DNA of 64,000 nt from Escherichia coli (GTDB lineage Bacteria; Pseudomonadota; Gammaproteobacteria; Enterobacterales; Enterobacteriaceae). The stretch is taken from NCBI RefSeq assembly GCF_030013595.1, contig NZ_CP122768.1, one strand, 5' to 3'. The notes under the pieces were generated by a model. It made no database searches and was not told the DNA's origin. It saw only the letters and a list, made by a program, of their open reading frames with translations. The position numbers were made by a program, and so were the translations under genes. Positions 47,050 to 57,460 of the stretch are shown here, in pieces (positions within the stretch are counted from its first letter, which is position 1; each line of letters starts with the position of its first letter).

Positions 47050-47472
47050 ATGATCCCATCTCAAATCTCTTTCAACACCCTTCCTGTCAATGCAACATAC
47101 GCTTCAGAGACAACAGTTGACACACAAAAATTCTCTGACATCCTCTACTCAGCGGGGTGTTCCCTAAAGGATCTGGCTTATCTGAGCAGATGTCTGGCAT
47201 CAATACATCCGACTATCGCCAAAAACATTTATGAAACAGAAAATCTCAGCGATCAAAAATTACTACATATTGATTGCCGTAGTACAAATGAAATCAAGAT
47301 AAATATCTTTTTTGGTCAACAACGAGAAGGATTAATTGAAATTAGTTCTGACACAGTCATTTTTTCGATACTGTCTTCATTGATTGACTCCACCATTTCT
47401 AAATTTCAACACCAAAACCCCGTTAACGGTTCTGTAAATCCTGACCTATTGTATGAGGATTATACTGATTAA
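47050..47472 (+). CDS. Hypothetical protein, AT-rich accessory gene, no recognised domain
   Basis: 140-aa ORF 80 nt downstream of previous ORF, same strand, same low GC. Confidence 0.5.
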   Translation: MIPSQISFNTLPVNATYASETTVDTQKFSDILYSAGCSLKDLAYLSRCLASIHPTIAKNIYETENLSDQKLLHIDCRSTNEIKINIFFGQQREGLIEISSDTVIFSILSSLIDSTISKFQHQNPVNGSVNPDLLYEDYTD

Positions 47473-48019
47473 ATCCCTCCTGTCGCGAAAAATGGCCTGC
47501 GTTATTGCCAGACGTAATAAAACTTTTGATTAACGTTTCTCGTACTGGTAGCACCTTCATGTACTTTTCTTTTTTACGAAAAATCAAAAGAGCTAACAAA
47601 GGTCATAATTCGCATGAATCATTAATTATTTGTTATTTTCAACATTATTTTTACATTAAGCAGAGATGAATTGCAGTGAAATTCGACTTAATTTTTATGA
47701 AATGCATTTACTCATGGCTAAAGCCACGTCACAAAAATGCAAATTAGAAGTTGATCACAATTATCTCAATACATCAAATCAAGTTAATTTTAAAAATTTA
47801 ACATTCATGACACTAGTTGACATAACACACTGAATTAAAATGAGAATTTGGAAACACACTTTAAACAATCATTTCCCGAAAGACATTTTGAAAATAGATC
47901 AATTGCAACATTACGGTCAGATAAAGACACTCCTGTGATATTAAACCTGTGCCGTTATGAACGGCCATAAATACGACGTGTGTAACTTATTTTACTCTCT
48001 GTCTTACAAAGGATTACCC

Positions 48020-48469
48020 ATGAAGAAAGCAACACTTGTGATTGGCGTTATTGGCGCGGACTGCCATGCAGTAGGCAATAAAGTTCTGGACCGCGTTTTT
48101 AGCAACCATGGCTTCAGAGTCATTAATCTGGGCGTAATGGTCAGCCAGGACGAATATATTGATGCTGCCATTGAAACTGGCGCTGACGCGATTGTCGTCT
48201 CCTCTATCTATGGGCATGGCGATATCGACTGTCTGGGCATGCGCGAACGCTGCATCGAGCGTGGACTGGGTGACATCCTGCTCTATGTGGGCGGTAACCT
48301 GGTGGTCGGAAAACATGACTTCGCTGACGTGGAAACCAAATTTAAAGAGATGGGATTTGATCGCGTCTTTGCCCCAAGTCATGACTTAGAAGATGTTTGT
48401 CAGCTGATGGCCCACGATATCAACCAACGTCATGACGTTGATACTCGCATTCTTGAAGAGGCAATCTGA
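48020..48469 (+). CDS. Glutamate mutase sigma (S) subunit, B12-binding (methylaspartate mutase S chain)
   Basis: 149 aa from [21 protein letters not shown] (B12-binding DxHxxG motif). Confidence 0.85.
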   Translation: MKKATLVIGVIGADCHAVGNKVLDRVFSNHGFRVINLGVMVSQDEYIDAAIETGADAIVVSSIYGHGDIDCLGMRERCIERGLGDILLYVGGNLVVGKHDFADVETKFKEMGFDRVFAPSHDLEDVCQLMAHDINQRHDVDTRILEEAI

Positions 48470-49857
48470 TGCAAATCGTCTCTGTCGATATTGGATCGAC
48501 GTGGACCAAAGCAGCCCTCTTCGCCCGGGAGGGGGACGCGTTAACGTTGGTTAACCACGTACTGACCCCAACCACCACCCATCATCTGGCGAAGGGGTTT
48601 TTCTCCAGCCTGAACCTGGTGTTAAACGTAGATAATGCCCTCCCCCTGTTTAACAGCGGTGAGGTTACATTGAAGTATTCCTCCTCTGCCAAAGGTGGGC
48701 TGGCGGTTGCCGCAATGGGATTGGTGCCTTCTATCACCCTGGAAACCGCGAAAGTAACCGCTCACTCTGCGGGGGCTAAAATTGCGCAATATTACTCCTA
48801 CAAGCTGAACCGCCGTGATATCCAGGCACTGGAAGAAACGCAGCCCGATATTCTCTTGTTCACCGGCGGCACCGACGGCGGAGAAGAAAGCTACGGCCTG
48901 AATAACGCCCGTGTGCTGGCAGAATCCAAACTCGACTGCGCCATTATTTATGCCGGAAACCGGGATATTCAGGACGAAGTGCAGGAGATCCTAGGGCATA
49001 AAGACCTGACCATCGTCGACAACGTTCTGCCCGATCTTGACCATCCGAACCCTTTAGCCGCACGCCAGGCTATCTGCGACATATTCCTTAAACGCATCGT
49101 TAAAGGGAAAGGGCTGGATGTCGTTGTTGATAAAACAGGCGAAGAACCAATGCCGACACCATGGACGGTCTTTGAACTGGTTAAGGCAATCAGTAACGTC
49201 GATCACAGCTGGAAAGAGTTCATGCTGATCGACATGGGCGGCGCAACCACCGATGTCTATTCCGCCTGTGCCAACACGCTCTCGCCCGACACCGTTTTAC
49301 ACGGCGTACCGGAACCCTTCGTGAAACGGACGGTGGAAGGCGATCTGGGAATGCGCGTCTCGGCAATGGTGGTTGGTGAAAGTGCGAAAGAGTTAGTCAA
49401 TGTGAATTTTGCTCAGCAACCCGCACAGCTGGACGCTTTTTATCATTACCTCCGTCATCTAGTCGCTCATCCCGACTACTTACCCGCGAATGCAGAAGAA
49501 AAATATTTCGATACCGTCCTGGCCGGACTGTGTGTGGGTTATGCCACCGAAAGACATGCGGGCACCAAAAAAGAGGTCTGCACCTGCGTCGGCAATGTCG
49601 ATTTACAGATGGGACGTGACCTGACAACCGTGCGTAAAGTCGTCGGATCCGGCGGATGGCTCTCGCGTGCCAGTCAGTTCGATATGCATCACTGGTTGAA
49701 ATACCGCGAGTTAAACGACGACGGTAAACGCATTCTCTTACCGACCGAATTTGAATATTACCGCGATTCCCGGGGGCTATTACCACTGCTGGCAAACGTC
49801 GCCAGAGTCGATCCTCTGGCCGCCGCGCGCACCAGTATTCAATGCTTAACCCTATAA
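48469..49857 (+). CDS. Glutamate mutase accessory protein L (MutL/GlmL)
   Basis: 462 aa; sits between S and E subunits as in clostridial clusters. Confidence 0.75.
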   Translation: MQIVSVDIGSTWTKAALFAREGDALTLVNHVLTPTTTHHLAKGFFSSLNLVLNVDNALPLFNSGEVTLKYSSSAKGGLAVAAMGLVPSITLETAKVTAHSAGAKIAQYYSYKLNRRDIQALEETQPDILLFTGGTDGGEESYGLNNARVLAESKLDCAIIYAGNRDIQDEVQEILGHKDLTIVDNVLPDLDHPNPLAARQAICDIFLKRIVKGKGLDVVVDKTGEEPMPTPWTVFELVKAISNVDHSWKEFMLIDMGGATTDVYSACANTLSPDTVLHGVPEPFVKRTVEGDLGMRVSAMVVGESAKELVNVNFAQQPAQLDAFYHYLRHLVAHPDYLPANAEEKYFDTVLAGLCVGYATERHAGTKKEVCTCVGNVDLQMGRDLTTVRKVVGSGGWLSRASQFDMHHWLKYRELNDDGKRILLPTEFEYYRDSRGLLPLLANVARVDPLAAARTSIQCLTL

Positions 49858-49875
49858 CAATTAAGGCTGCAATCA

Positions 49876-51321
49876 ATGGAACTTCGAAATAAGAAATTAA
49901 CCCATGACGAATTCATGACCGAGCGGCAACAGGTACTGAAAACCTGGGAAACCGGCAAGGATGTTGAAAACTTTGAAGATGGCGTTAAATACCAACAAAC
50001 CATTCCTGAGCATAAACGCTTCTCTCTTGCGCTGTTGAAAGCAGACAAGGAAGGTAAAACCCTTAGCCAACCGCGCGCAGGTGTGGCGCTGATGGACGAA
50101 CACATCGAACTACTGAAAACACTACAAGAAGAGTGCGATCTGCTGCCGAGCACTATCGATGCATATACCCGTCTGAATCGGTACGAAGAAGCGGCTGTAG
50201 GGATTAAAAAATCCATCGAAGCCGGAACCTCTAAACTGAACGGTTTGCCGGTAGTTAACCATGGCGTCGCAGCTTGCCGTCGCCTCACCGAAACCCTGCA
50301 AAAACCGCTACAGATCCGCCACGGCACGCCAGATGCGCGTCTGCTGGCTGAAATCTCAATGGCCAGCGGCTTTACCAGTTATGAAGGCGGTGGCATTTCC
50401 TACAACATTCCGTATGCCAAACGCGTAACGCTGGAAAAATCGATCCGCGACTGGCAGTACTGCGACCGTTTAATGGGGATGTATGAAGAACACGGGATCC
50501 GCATCAACCGCGAACCGTTTGGCCCACTAACGGGTACGCTGATCCCGCCGTTTATCTCGCACTCTATCGCGATAATCGAAGGCTTGCTGGCGCTGGAACA
50601 GGGTGTGAAATCTATCACCGTTGGTTATGGACAGGTCGGCAGCCTGACGCAGGATGTTGCGGCGATCCAGTCTCTGCGTGAACTTGCACACGAATATTTT
50701 CAGAGCTATGGCTATACCGACTATGAATTAAGTACCGTGTTTCACCAGTGGATGGGCGGCTTTCCGGAAGACGAATCGAAAGCGTTCGCTATTATCTCCT
50801 GGGGCGCAGCCGTCGCGGGGATGTCTGGTGCCACCAAAGTCATCACCAAAAGTCCGCACGAAGCCTGGGGCATCCCGACTGCCGCTGCCAACATTCAGGG
50901 GCTGAAAGCCTCCCGCCAGATGCTCAACATGGTCAACGAGCAGAAATTCCCGCCGTGCCCTGCGGTTGAACTGGAAATTGAACTGATTAAGAGCGAGGTT
51001 CGCGCGGTACTGAATAAAGTGTTCGAACTGGGTAATGGTGATATTGCGCGCGGTACGGTGCTGGCATTTGAAGCGGGCGTACTGGATGTGCCGTTTGCGC
51101 CAGCCGCCTGCAACGCGGGCAAAATTCTTCCGGTCCGTGACAACACCGGCGCGATACGCGTACTGGAAGCCGGAGCCGTTCCATTGCCAAAAGATATTCT
51201 CGACCTCCACCACGATTACGTTGCTGAACGCGCACGCTTTGAAGGACGCCAACCGACATTCCAGATGGTTGTAGATGACATCAATGCTGTATCCCACAGT
51301 AAATTAATAGGAAGACCATAA
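49876..51321 (+). CDS. Glutamate mutase epsilon (E) subunit (methylaspartate mutase E chain)
   Basis: 481 aa TIM-barrel mutase. Confidence 0.85.
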   Translation: MELRNKKLTHDEFMTERQQVLKTWETGKDVENFEDGVKYQQTIPEHKRFSLALLKADKEGKTLSQPRAGVALMDEHIELLKTLQEECDLLPSTIDAYTRLNRYEEAAVGIKKSIEAGTSKLNGLPVVNHGVAACRRLTETLQKPLQIRHGTPDARLLAEISMASGFTSYEGGGISYNIPYAKRVTLEKSIRDWQYCDRLMGMYEEHGIRINREPFGPLTGTLIPPFISHSIAIIEGLLALEQGVKSITVGYGQVGSLTQDVAAIQSLRELAHEYFQSYGYTDYELSTVFHQWMGGFPEDESKAFAIISWGAAVAGMSGATKVITKSPHEAWGIPTAAANIQGLKASRQMLNMVNEQKFPPCPAVELEIELIKSEVRAVLNKVFELGNGDIARGTVLAFEAGVLDVPFAPAACNAGKILPVRDNTGAIRVLEAGAVPLPKDILDLHHDYVAERARFEGRQPTFQMVVDDINAVSHSKLIGRP

Positions 51322-52562
51322 TGAAAATAAAACAGGCTCTGTTCACCGCTGGCTACTCCTCATTCTATTTCGATGACCAGCAGGCGATAAAAAACGGAGC
51401 GGGTCATGACGGCTTTTTTTATACCGGGGAGCCAGTAACACAGGGGTTTAACGCCGTACGTCAGGCCGGGGAGTGCGTATCGGTACAGTTGATTCTGGAA
51501 AACGGCGCGGTCGCCGTAGGTGACTGTGCTGCCGTACAGTATTCCGGGGCAGGTGGTCGCGATCCACTGTTCCTCGCAGAGCACTTTATTCCGTTCCTCA
51601 ACGACCATATCAAGCCATTACTGGTAGGCCGCGATGTGGATGCTTTCCTGCCGAATGCCCGTTTCTTCGACAAATTGCGTATTGACGGCAACTTGCTACA
51701 TACCGCCGTGCGCTACGGATTATCACAGGCGCTGCTTGATGCTACCGCGCTGGCAACCGGCCGTCTGAAAACTGAAGTAGTTTGCGATGAATGGCAGTTG
51801 CCACGCGTGGCGGAATCCATTCCATTATTTGGTCAGAGCGGTGACGATCGATATATCGCCGTCGATAAGATGATCCTTAAGGGCATCGACGTGCTGCCCC
51901 ATGCACTGATTAATAACGTCGAAGAGAAACTAGGCTTTAAAGGTGAAAAACTGCGCGAATATGTCCGCTGGCTGTCGGATCGTATTCTGAGCAAGCGCAC
52001 CAGCGCACGCTACCACCCTACCCTGCACATCGATGTATACGGCACTATCGGTCTGATCTTCGATATGGATCCGCTTCGCTGTGCGCAATACATCGCCAGC
52101 CTGGAAAAAGAAGCGCAAGGCCTGCCGCTCTACATTGAAGGGCCGGTCGATGCCGGTAACAAGCCCGATCAAATTCGCCTGCTGACCGCGATTACCAAAG
52201 AGCTGACGCGCCTCGGTTCCGGCGTGAAAATTGTGGCCGATGAATGGTGTAACACCTACCAGGATATTGTTGATTTTACTGATGCCGCCAGTTGCCACAT
52301 GGTGCAAATCAAAACCCCGGATCTGGGCAGTATTCACAACATCGTCGATGCGGTTCTTTACTGCAACAGCCACAGCATGGAAGCGTACCAGGGCGGCACC
52401 TGCAATGAAACTGATGTCAGTGCCTGCACCTGTGTCCACGTCGCCCTTGCCGCTCGCCCTATGCGTATGCTGGTAAAGCCAGGGATGGGCTTTGACGAAG
52501 GCCTCGATATCGTCTTCAACGAAATGAATCGTACTATCGCGCTGTTGCAGGCTAAGGATTAA
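51321..52562 (+). CDS. 3-Methylaspartate ammonia-lyase
   Basis: 413 aa enolase-superfamily protein, MKIKQALFTAGYSSFYFDDQQAIKNGAGHDGF. Confidence 0.85.
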   Translation: MKIKQALFTAGYSSFYFDDQQAIKNGAGHDGFFYTGEPVTQGFNAVRQAGECVSVQLILENGAVAVGDCAAVQYSGAGGRDPLFLAEHFIPFLNDHIKPLLVGRDVDAFLPNARFFDKLRIDGNLLHTAVRYGLSQALLDATALATGRLKTEVVCDEWQLPRVAESIPLFGQSGDDRYIAVDKMILKGIDVLPHALINNVEEKLGFKGEKLREYVRWLSDRILSKRTSARYHPTLHIDVYGTIGLIFDMDPLRCAQYIASLEKEAQGLPLYIEGPVDAGNKPDQIRLLTAITKELTRLGSGVKIVADEWCNTYQDIVDFTDAASCHMVQIKTPDLGSIHNIVDAVLYCNSHSMEAYQGGTCNETDVSACTCVHVALAARPMRMLVKPGMGFDEGLDIVFNEMNRTIALLQAKD

Positions 52563-52565
52563 CAA

Positions 52566-53936
52566 ATGGCTCGTTCTTTTAAAGTCTTATCGCCAACGGC
52601 AATCCTCGGGTATGGATTCCCGGAAGAGAGCTTCCGTAAAGCGATGGCAGAATCGCCCGATCTGATCGCCGTTGATGCAGGCTCTTCCGATCCTGGCCCC
52701 CACTACCTCGGGGCGGGCAAACCGTTTACCGATCGCGCAGGGGTCAAGCGCGATCTGCGCTATATGATCACCGCAGGCGTGCAAAATAATATACCGGTGG
52801 TGATCGGAACGGCTGGCGGTTCTGGTGCCGCACCACACCTGGAGTGGTGCCGAGAAATAATTCATGAGATTGCCCGGGAAGAGCACCTCTCGTTCTCGAT
52901 GGCGTTGATCCCGGCAGACGTTGACAAAGCCATCGTCCACCAGGCGCTGGATAACGGCAAAATCACGGCGCTGGATTTTGTCCCGCCGTTAACCCACGAC
53001 GCGATTGACGAAAGTACGTATATCGTCGCGCAAATGGGCATCGAACCCTTCCAGCAGGCGCTGAAAGAAGGCGCGCAAGTGGTGCTGGGCGGGCGCGCTT
53101 ACGACCCGGCCTGCTTTGCTGCGCTACCGATCATGCAAGGCTTTGATGAAGGTCTGGCGCTGCATTGTGGGAAAATCCTTGAATGCGCGGCAATCGCCGC
53201 AACGCCCGGCTCAGGCTCTGACTGGGCGATGGGCATCATTGATGACAACGGCTTTACGCTGAAGACATTTAATCCGAAGCGTAAATTTACCGAAACGTCA
53301 GCGGCTGCACACACACTGTATGAGAAATCCGATCCCTACTTCCTGCCAGGACCTGGCGGCGTGTTGAACCTGAAAGACTGCACATTTAAAGCGGTCAATG
53401 ACGGCGAAGTGTACGTCAGCGGTTCTAAGCATGAAGAAACGCCGTATGCCCTGAAACTGGAAGGTGCGCGACGAGTGGGCTTCCGCTGTCTGACCATCGC
53501 AGGAACGCGCGACCCGATCATGATCGCCGGGATCGATAAAATCATCGATGAAGTCAAAACCAGCGTTTCGCGTAACCTGTCGCTCGACGATGACAGCATT
53601 CACATCAATTTCCACCTGTACGGCAAAAACGGGGTGATGGGCGACCATGAACCGATGCAAACTGCCGGGCATGAGCTGGGGATTGTCCTTGATGTAGTTG
53701 CACCGACCCAGGAAATTGCCAATAGCGTTTGCTCGCTGGTGCGCTCTACCATGCTGCACTACGGCTATGAAAACCGCATCGCTACCGCAGGCAATCTGGC
53801 GTTCCCGTTCTCCCCTTCTGATATCCAGGGCGGGCCGGTATACGAATTTTCCATATATCACCTGATTGAAGCCAACGACGCTCTGCGTTTTGATTTCCAT
53901 ATTGAACAGGTGACGCCAGAAGGAGTTCAGGCATGA
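52566..53936 (+). CDS. DUF1446 (AtuA-like) family protein
   Basis: 456 aa; family assignment from recalled sequence features. Confidence 0.6.
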   Translation: MARSFKVLSPTAILGYGFPEESFRKAMAESPDLIAVDAGSSDPGPHYLGAGKPFTDRAGVKRDLRYMITAGVQNNIPVVIGTAGGSGAAPHLEWCREIIHEIAREEHLSFSMALIPADVDKAIVHQALDNGKITALDFVPPLTHDAIDESTYIVAQMGIEPFQQALKEGAQVVLGGRAYDPACFAALPIMQGFDEGLALHCGKILECAAIAATPGSGSDWAMGIIDDNGFTLKTFNPKRKFTETSAAAHTLYEKSDPYFLPGPGGVLNLKDCTFKAVNDGEVYVSGSKHEETPYALKLEGARRVGFRCLTIAGTRDPIMIAGIDKIIDEVKTSVSRNLSLDDDSIHINFHLYGKNGVMGDHEPMQTAGHELGIVLDVVAPTQEIANSVCSLVRSTMLHYGYENRIATAGNLAFPFSPSDIQGGPVYEFSIYHLIEANDALRFDFHIEQVTPEGVQA

Positions 53937-54250
53937 AACAGTCAATTGTCTCACTGGCGCAAGTCATTCGTTCGAAAAATGCCGGACCTTACGAACTGGT
54001 TTTAGATATTTTATTTAAAACCAAAGAAAACTATGAGCGTGTCAAATCATCAGGGCAATTAACCCCAGAACTGATCGCGCGCTTATATCATGTTGAACCT
54101 GACTTTATTCATCGTATTGTCTGGTTTGATCCTTCTAACGCAGTAAAAATCGTCATGCCACGAGATATTATCTCCGGGAATGTAGGTGACAATGATGTCT
54201 ATGGTGCACAGCAACATGCACCTTTATTAAATATGAGTTTCGATTTGTAA
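53933..54250 (+). CDS. DUF4387 family protein, usual partner of DUF1446
   Basis: 105 aa, start overlaps upstream stop. Confidence 0.55.
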   Translation: MKQSIVSLAQVIRSKNAGPYELVLDILFKTKENYERVKSSGQLTPELIARLYHVEPDFIHRIVWFDPSNAVKIVMPRDIISGNVGDNDVYGAQQHAPLLNMSFDL

Positions 54251-54398
54251 AAATCCGAATACTTTTAGCCAACTGACATCCCGTCACTTATTGCAGTTCA
54301 ACACTTCAGCTATTTGTAAGGTTGTAATAGCAGGTAGATGCCTGAATCTCTATTCAGGCATCTACTTCTCCTGATTCTGATTTATCGCCGCGCACCTG

Positions 54399-55691
54399 AT
54401 GGAGGAAAAAATGAAGAAAATAAGTTTAACCACGATGATTCTTTTGGCGCTGGTACTTGGAATGATTATCGGCGTAGTGCTCAATAACACTGCTTCACCG
54501 GAAACCGCAAAACTCTATGCGCAAGAAATATCGATATTCACGACGATTTTCTTACGACTGATAAAAATGATTATCGCTCCGTTAGTGGTCTCTACCCTGG
54601 TGGTAGGTATAGCTAAAATGGGCGATGCCAAAGCCCTTGGTCGTATTTTTTCTAAAACACTCTTTTTATTTATTTGCGCCTCATTGCTGTCAATTGCCTT
54701 AGGCTTGATAACAGTAAATTTCTTCATGCCAGGCACAGGAATTAATTTTGTTGCACACGGAGCCGAAACCACCGGAGTGGTCGCGTCAGAACCCTTTACG
54801 CTAAAAGTATTTATTTCGCATGCTTTCCCCACCAGCATTGTCGATGCCATGGCGCACAATGAAATTTTGCAAATCGTGGTGTTCTCAATTTTCCTCGGCT
54901 GTAGCCTGACGGCGATTGGCGAGAAAGCCAGCGCCATCGTTCACGCCTTAGATTCGCTGGCACATGCCATGTTAAAGCTCACTGGCTACGTCATGCTCTT
55001 CGCTCCCCTGACCGTATTCGCTGCTATTTCAGCATTGATTGCTGAACGAGGACTGGCAGTTATGGTGAGCGCCGGGATCTTTATGGGTGAATTTTATTTC
55101 ACCATGTTATTACTTTGGGTGCTGCTTATCGGTCTGGCCATCGTTTATGTTGGCCCCTGCATCAGACGCCTGACCCGCGCCCTTTCGGAACCCGCCCTGC
55201 TGGCATTTACCACATCCAGTTCTGAAGCGGCTTTTCCAGGAACGCTTGAAAAACTGGAGCAATTTGGCGTTTCCCCCAAAATTGCCAGCTTTGTCTTACC
55301 CATTGGCTACTCATTTAATCTCGTTGGATCAATGGCCTACTGCTCCTTCGCCACAGTTTTCATCGCCCAGGCCTGCAATATCCATTTATCCATCGGTGAG
55401 CAAATCACCATGCTGTTGATCCTGATGTTGACCTCGAAAGGAATGGCTGGCGTACCACGCGCCTCAATGGTGGTTATCGCCGCCACGCTCAACCAGTTCA
55501 ATATTCCGGAAGCGGGGCTGATCTTGCTGATGGGCGTTGATCCGTTCCTTGATATGGGGCGTTCCGCGACAAACGTCATGAGCAACGCAATGGGCGCTGC
55601 GATGGTGAGTCGGTGGGAAGGCGAACATTTCGGCGAGGGCTGTCGGGGTAAAGCATTAAAACCCAATGAATCGAACGTTGCTCTGCCCTGA
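54399..55691 (+). CDS. Dicarboxylate/amino acid:cation symporter (DAACS; GltP/DctA family)
   Basis: 430 aa, polytopic, SDF-family motif TSKGMAGVP; start may be 54411. Confidence 0.8.
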   Translation: MEEKMKKISLTTMILLALVLGMIIGVVLNNTASPETAKLYAQEISIFTTIFLRLIKMIIAPLVVSTLVVGIAKMGDAKALGRIFSKTLFLFICASLLSIALGLITVNFFMPGTGINFVAHGAETTGVVASEPFTLKVFISHAFPTSIVDAMAHNEILQIVVFSIFLGCSLTAIGEKASAIVHALDSLAHAMLKLTGYVMLFAPLTVFAAISALIAERGLAVMVSAGIFMGEFYFTMLLLWVLLIGLAIVYVGPCIRRLTRALSEPALLAFTTSSSEAAFPGTLEKLEQFGVSPKIASFVLPIGYSFNLVGSMAYCSFATVFIAQACNIHLSIGEQITMLLILMLTSKGMAGVPRASMVVIAATLNQFNIPEAGLILLMGVDPFLDMGRSATNVMSNAMGAAMVSRWEGEHFGEGCRGKALKPNESNVALP

Positions 55692-55798
55692 GGGGGATCT
55701 TAAGCAATCAGAAGCCAATGACTACGCATTTTTATAAGCCGGATCATGAAGTTAGACGGCAATTAAGTAACACTAACGTTTAAGGTGAAAAGTGAAAT

Positions 55799-57451
55799 AT
55801 GTCAAAACCATTTATCTGGCAAGAACCGTTTCTACAAAATAAAGACGGTACAGAATATACATTAATTAGCGATCAGCATATTACAGTAACGGAATTAGAC
55901 GGCGAAGAAGTGATAAAAATCGCTCCTGAAGCATTAACGCTGCTTGCCCGGCAGGCATTTTATGAAGCCTCTTTTTTCTTACGTTCCGCTCATTTGCAAC
56001 AGGTCGCCAGCATTCTTAACGATCCGCAGGCCAGTAGTAATGATAAATACGTTGCGTTGCAGTTATTACGTAATGCTGAAGTCTCAGCAAAAGGGGTATT
56101 ACCCAACTGTCAGGATACCGGCACCGCAACTATTGTTGCCAGTAAAGGGCAACAGATATGGACGGGAGGTAACGACGCTGAAGCCTTAAGCAAAGGCATT
56201 TACAGTACTTTCCAGGAAAATAATCTGCGCTTTTCACAAAATGCGCCGCTGGATATGTATACCGAAGTCAATACGCAAACCAATCTCCCGGCGCAGATTG
56301 ATATCAGCGCTGTCGCTGGTAATGAGTACCATTTTCTCTGTGTTAATAAAGGGGGCGGCTCCGCCAATAAAGCCGCACTTTATCAGGAAACCAAATCCTT
56401 ATTGCAACCAGAAAAACTGACCGCATTTTTAATCGAAAAAATGAAATCGCTGGGCACCGCTGCCTGCCCGCCTTACCACATCGCCTTTGTCGTCGGAGGG
56501 CTTTCAGCCGATCAAACCTTAAAAGTTGCCAAGCTGGCCTCAACGAAATATTACGACAATTTGCCCACCAGCGGAAACGAGCAAGGACAAGCATTCCGTG
56601 ATATTGAGCTGGAAAAAGTGTTGCTCGAGGCCAGTCAGCAATTTGGTATTGGTGCGCAATTTGGAGGTAAATATTTCGCTCATGATATTCGCGTCATTCG
56701 TCTGCCGCGTCACGGTGGCTCCTGCCCGATAGCTATGGCGCTCTCCTGTTCTGCCGATCGCAATATCAAAGCAAAAATTAACAAGCACGGTATCTGGCTG
56801 GAAAAACTCGAACACAATCCGGGGCAATATATTCCAGCCTCACTGCGGGAAGAAAATCACGCGCAACATGTACAGCTGGATCTAAACCGTCCGTTGCGTG
56901 ACGTGATGCAGGATCTCGCCAGATTACCGGTAGGTACCCGCGTGTCGTTAAGTGGTCCCATCGTAGTGGCGCGCGATATCGCCCACGCCAAAATAAAAGC
57001 GCGGCTGGATAGCGGCGAACCGATGCCGGATTACCTGAAGCATCATATTGTCTATTACGCTGGCCCGGCGAAAACACCGGAGAACATGGCCTGCGGTTCA
57101 CTAGGTCCAACCACGGGCGGTCGAATGGACGGTTATGTCGATACCTTCCAGGCTGCTGGCGGCAGTCTGGTAATGTTATCGAAAGGTAACCGCAGCCAGC
57201 AGGTCACCGATGCCTGTCACAAACATGGCGGCTTCAATCTGGGAAGTATTGGCGGTGCAGCTGCGTTACTGGCGCAAGAATATGTCAAAAGTCTGCGTTG
57301 CCTGGAATACCCGGAGCTGGGTATGGAAGCGGTGTGGATGATGGAAGTGGAAAATCTGCCCGCATTCATCCTGGTAGATGATAAAGGCAATAATTTCTTT
57401 AGTCAGTTTGAGCAGCAACACCGCTGCGCCAGTTGCCCTGCGGGACATTAA
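55799..57451 (+). CDS. fumD: Class I fumarate hydratase paralog; likely mesaconase (FumD-like)
   Basis: 550 aa, Fe-S class I fumarase family; embedded in methylaspartate cluster. Confidence 0.8.
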   Translation: MSKPFIWQEPFLQNKDGTEYTLISDQHITVTELDGEEVIKIAPEALTLLARQAFYEASFFLRSAHLQQVASILNDPQASSNDKYVALQLLRNAEVSAKGVLPNCQDTGTATIVASKGQQIWTGGNDAEALSKGIYSTFQENNLRFSQNAPLDMYTEVNTQTNLPAQIDISAVAGNEYHFLCVNKGGGSANKAALYQETKSLLQPEKLTAFLIEKMKSLGTAACPPYHIAFVVGGLSADQTLKVAKLASTKYYDNLPTSGNEQGQAFRDIELEKVLLEASQQFGIGAQFGGKYFAHDIRVIRLPRHGGSCPIAMALSCSADRNIKAKINKHGIWLEKLEHNPGQYIPASLREENHAQHVQLDLNRPLRDVMQDLARLPVGTRVSLSGPIVVARDIAHAKIKARLDSGEPMPDYLKHHIVYYAGPAKTPENMACGSLGPTTGGRMDGYVDTFQAAGGSLVMLSKGNRSQQVTDACHKHGGFNLGSIGGAAALLAQEYVKSLRCLEYPELGMEAVWMMEVENLPAFILVDDKGNNFFSQFEQQHRCASCPAGH

Positions 57452-57460
57452 GGAAAATGA

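Noticed and set aside
47957-48469. 170-aa version of glutamate mutase S starting at 47957
   Set aside because: The N-terminal 21 residues are not part of the B12-binding fold; ATG 48020 (MKKATLVIG) fits the family start.
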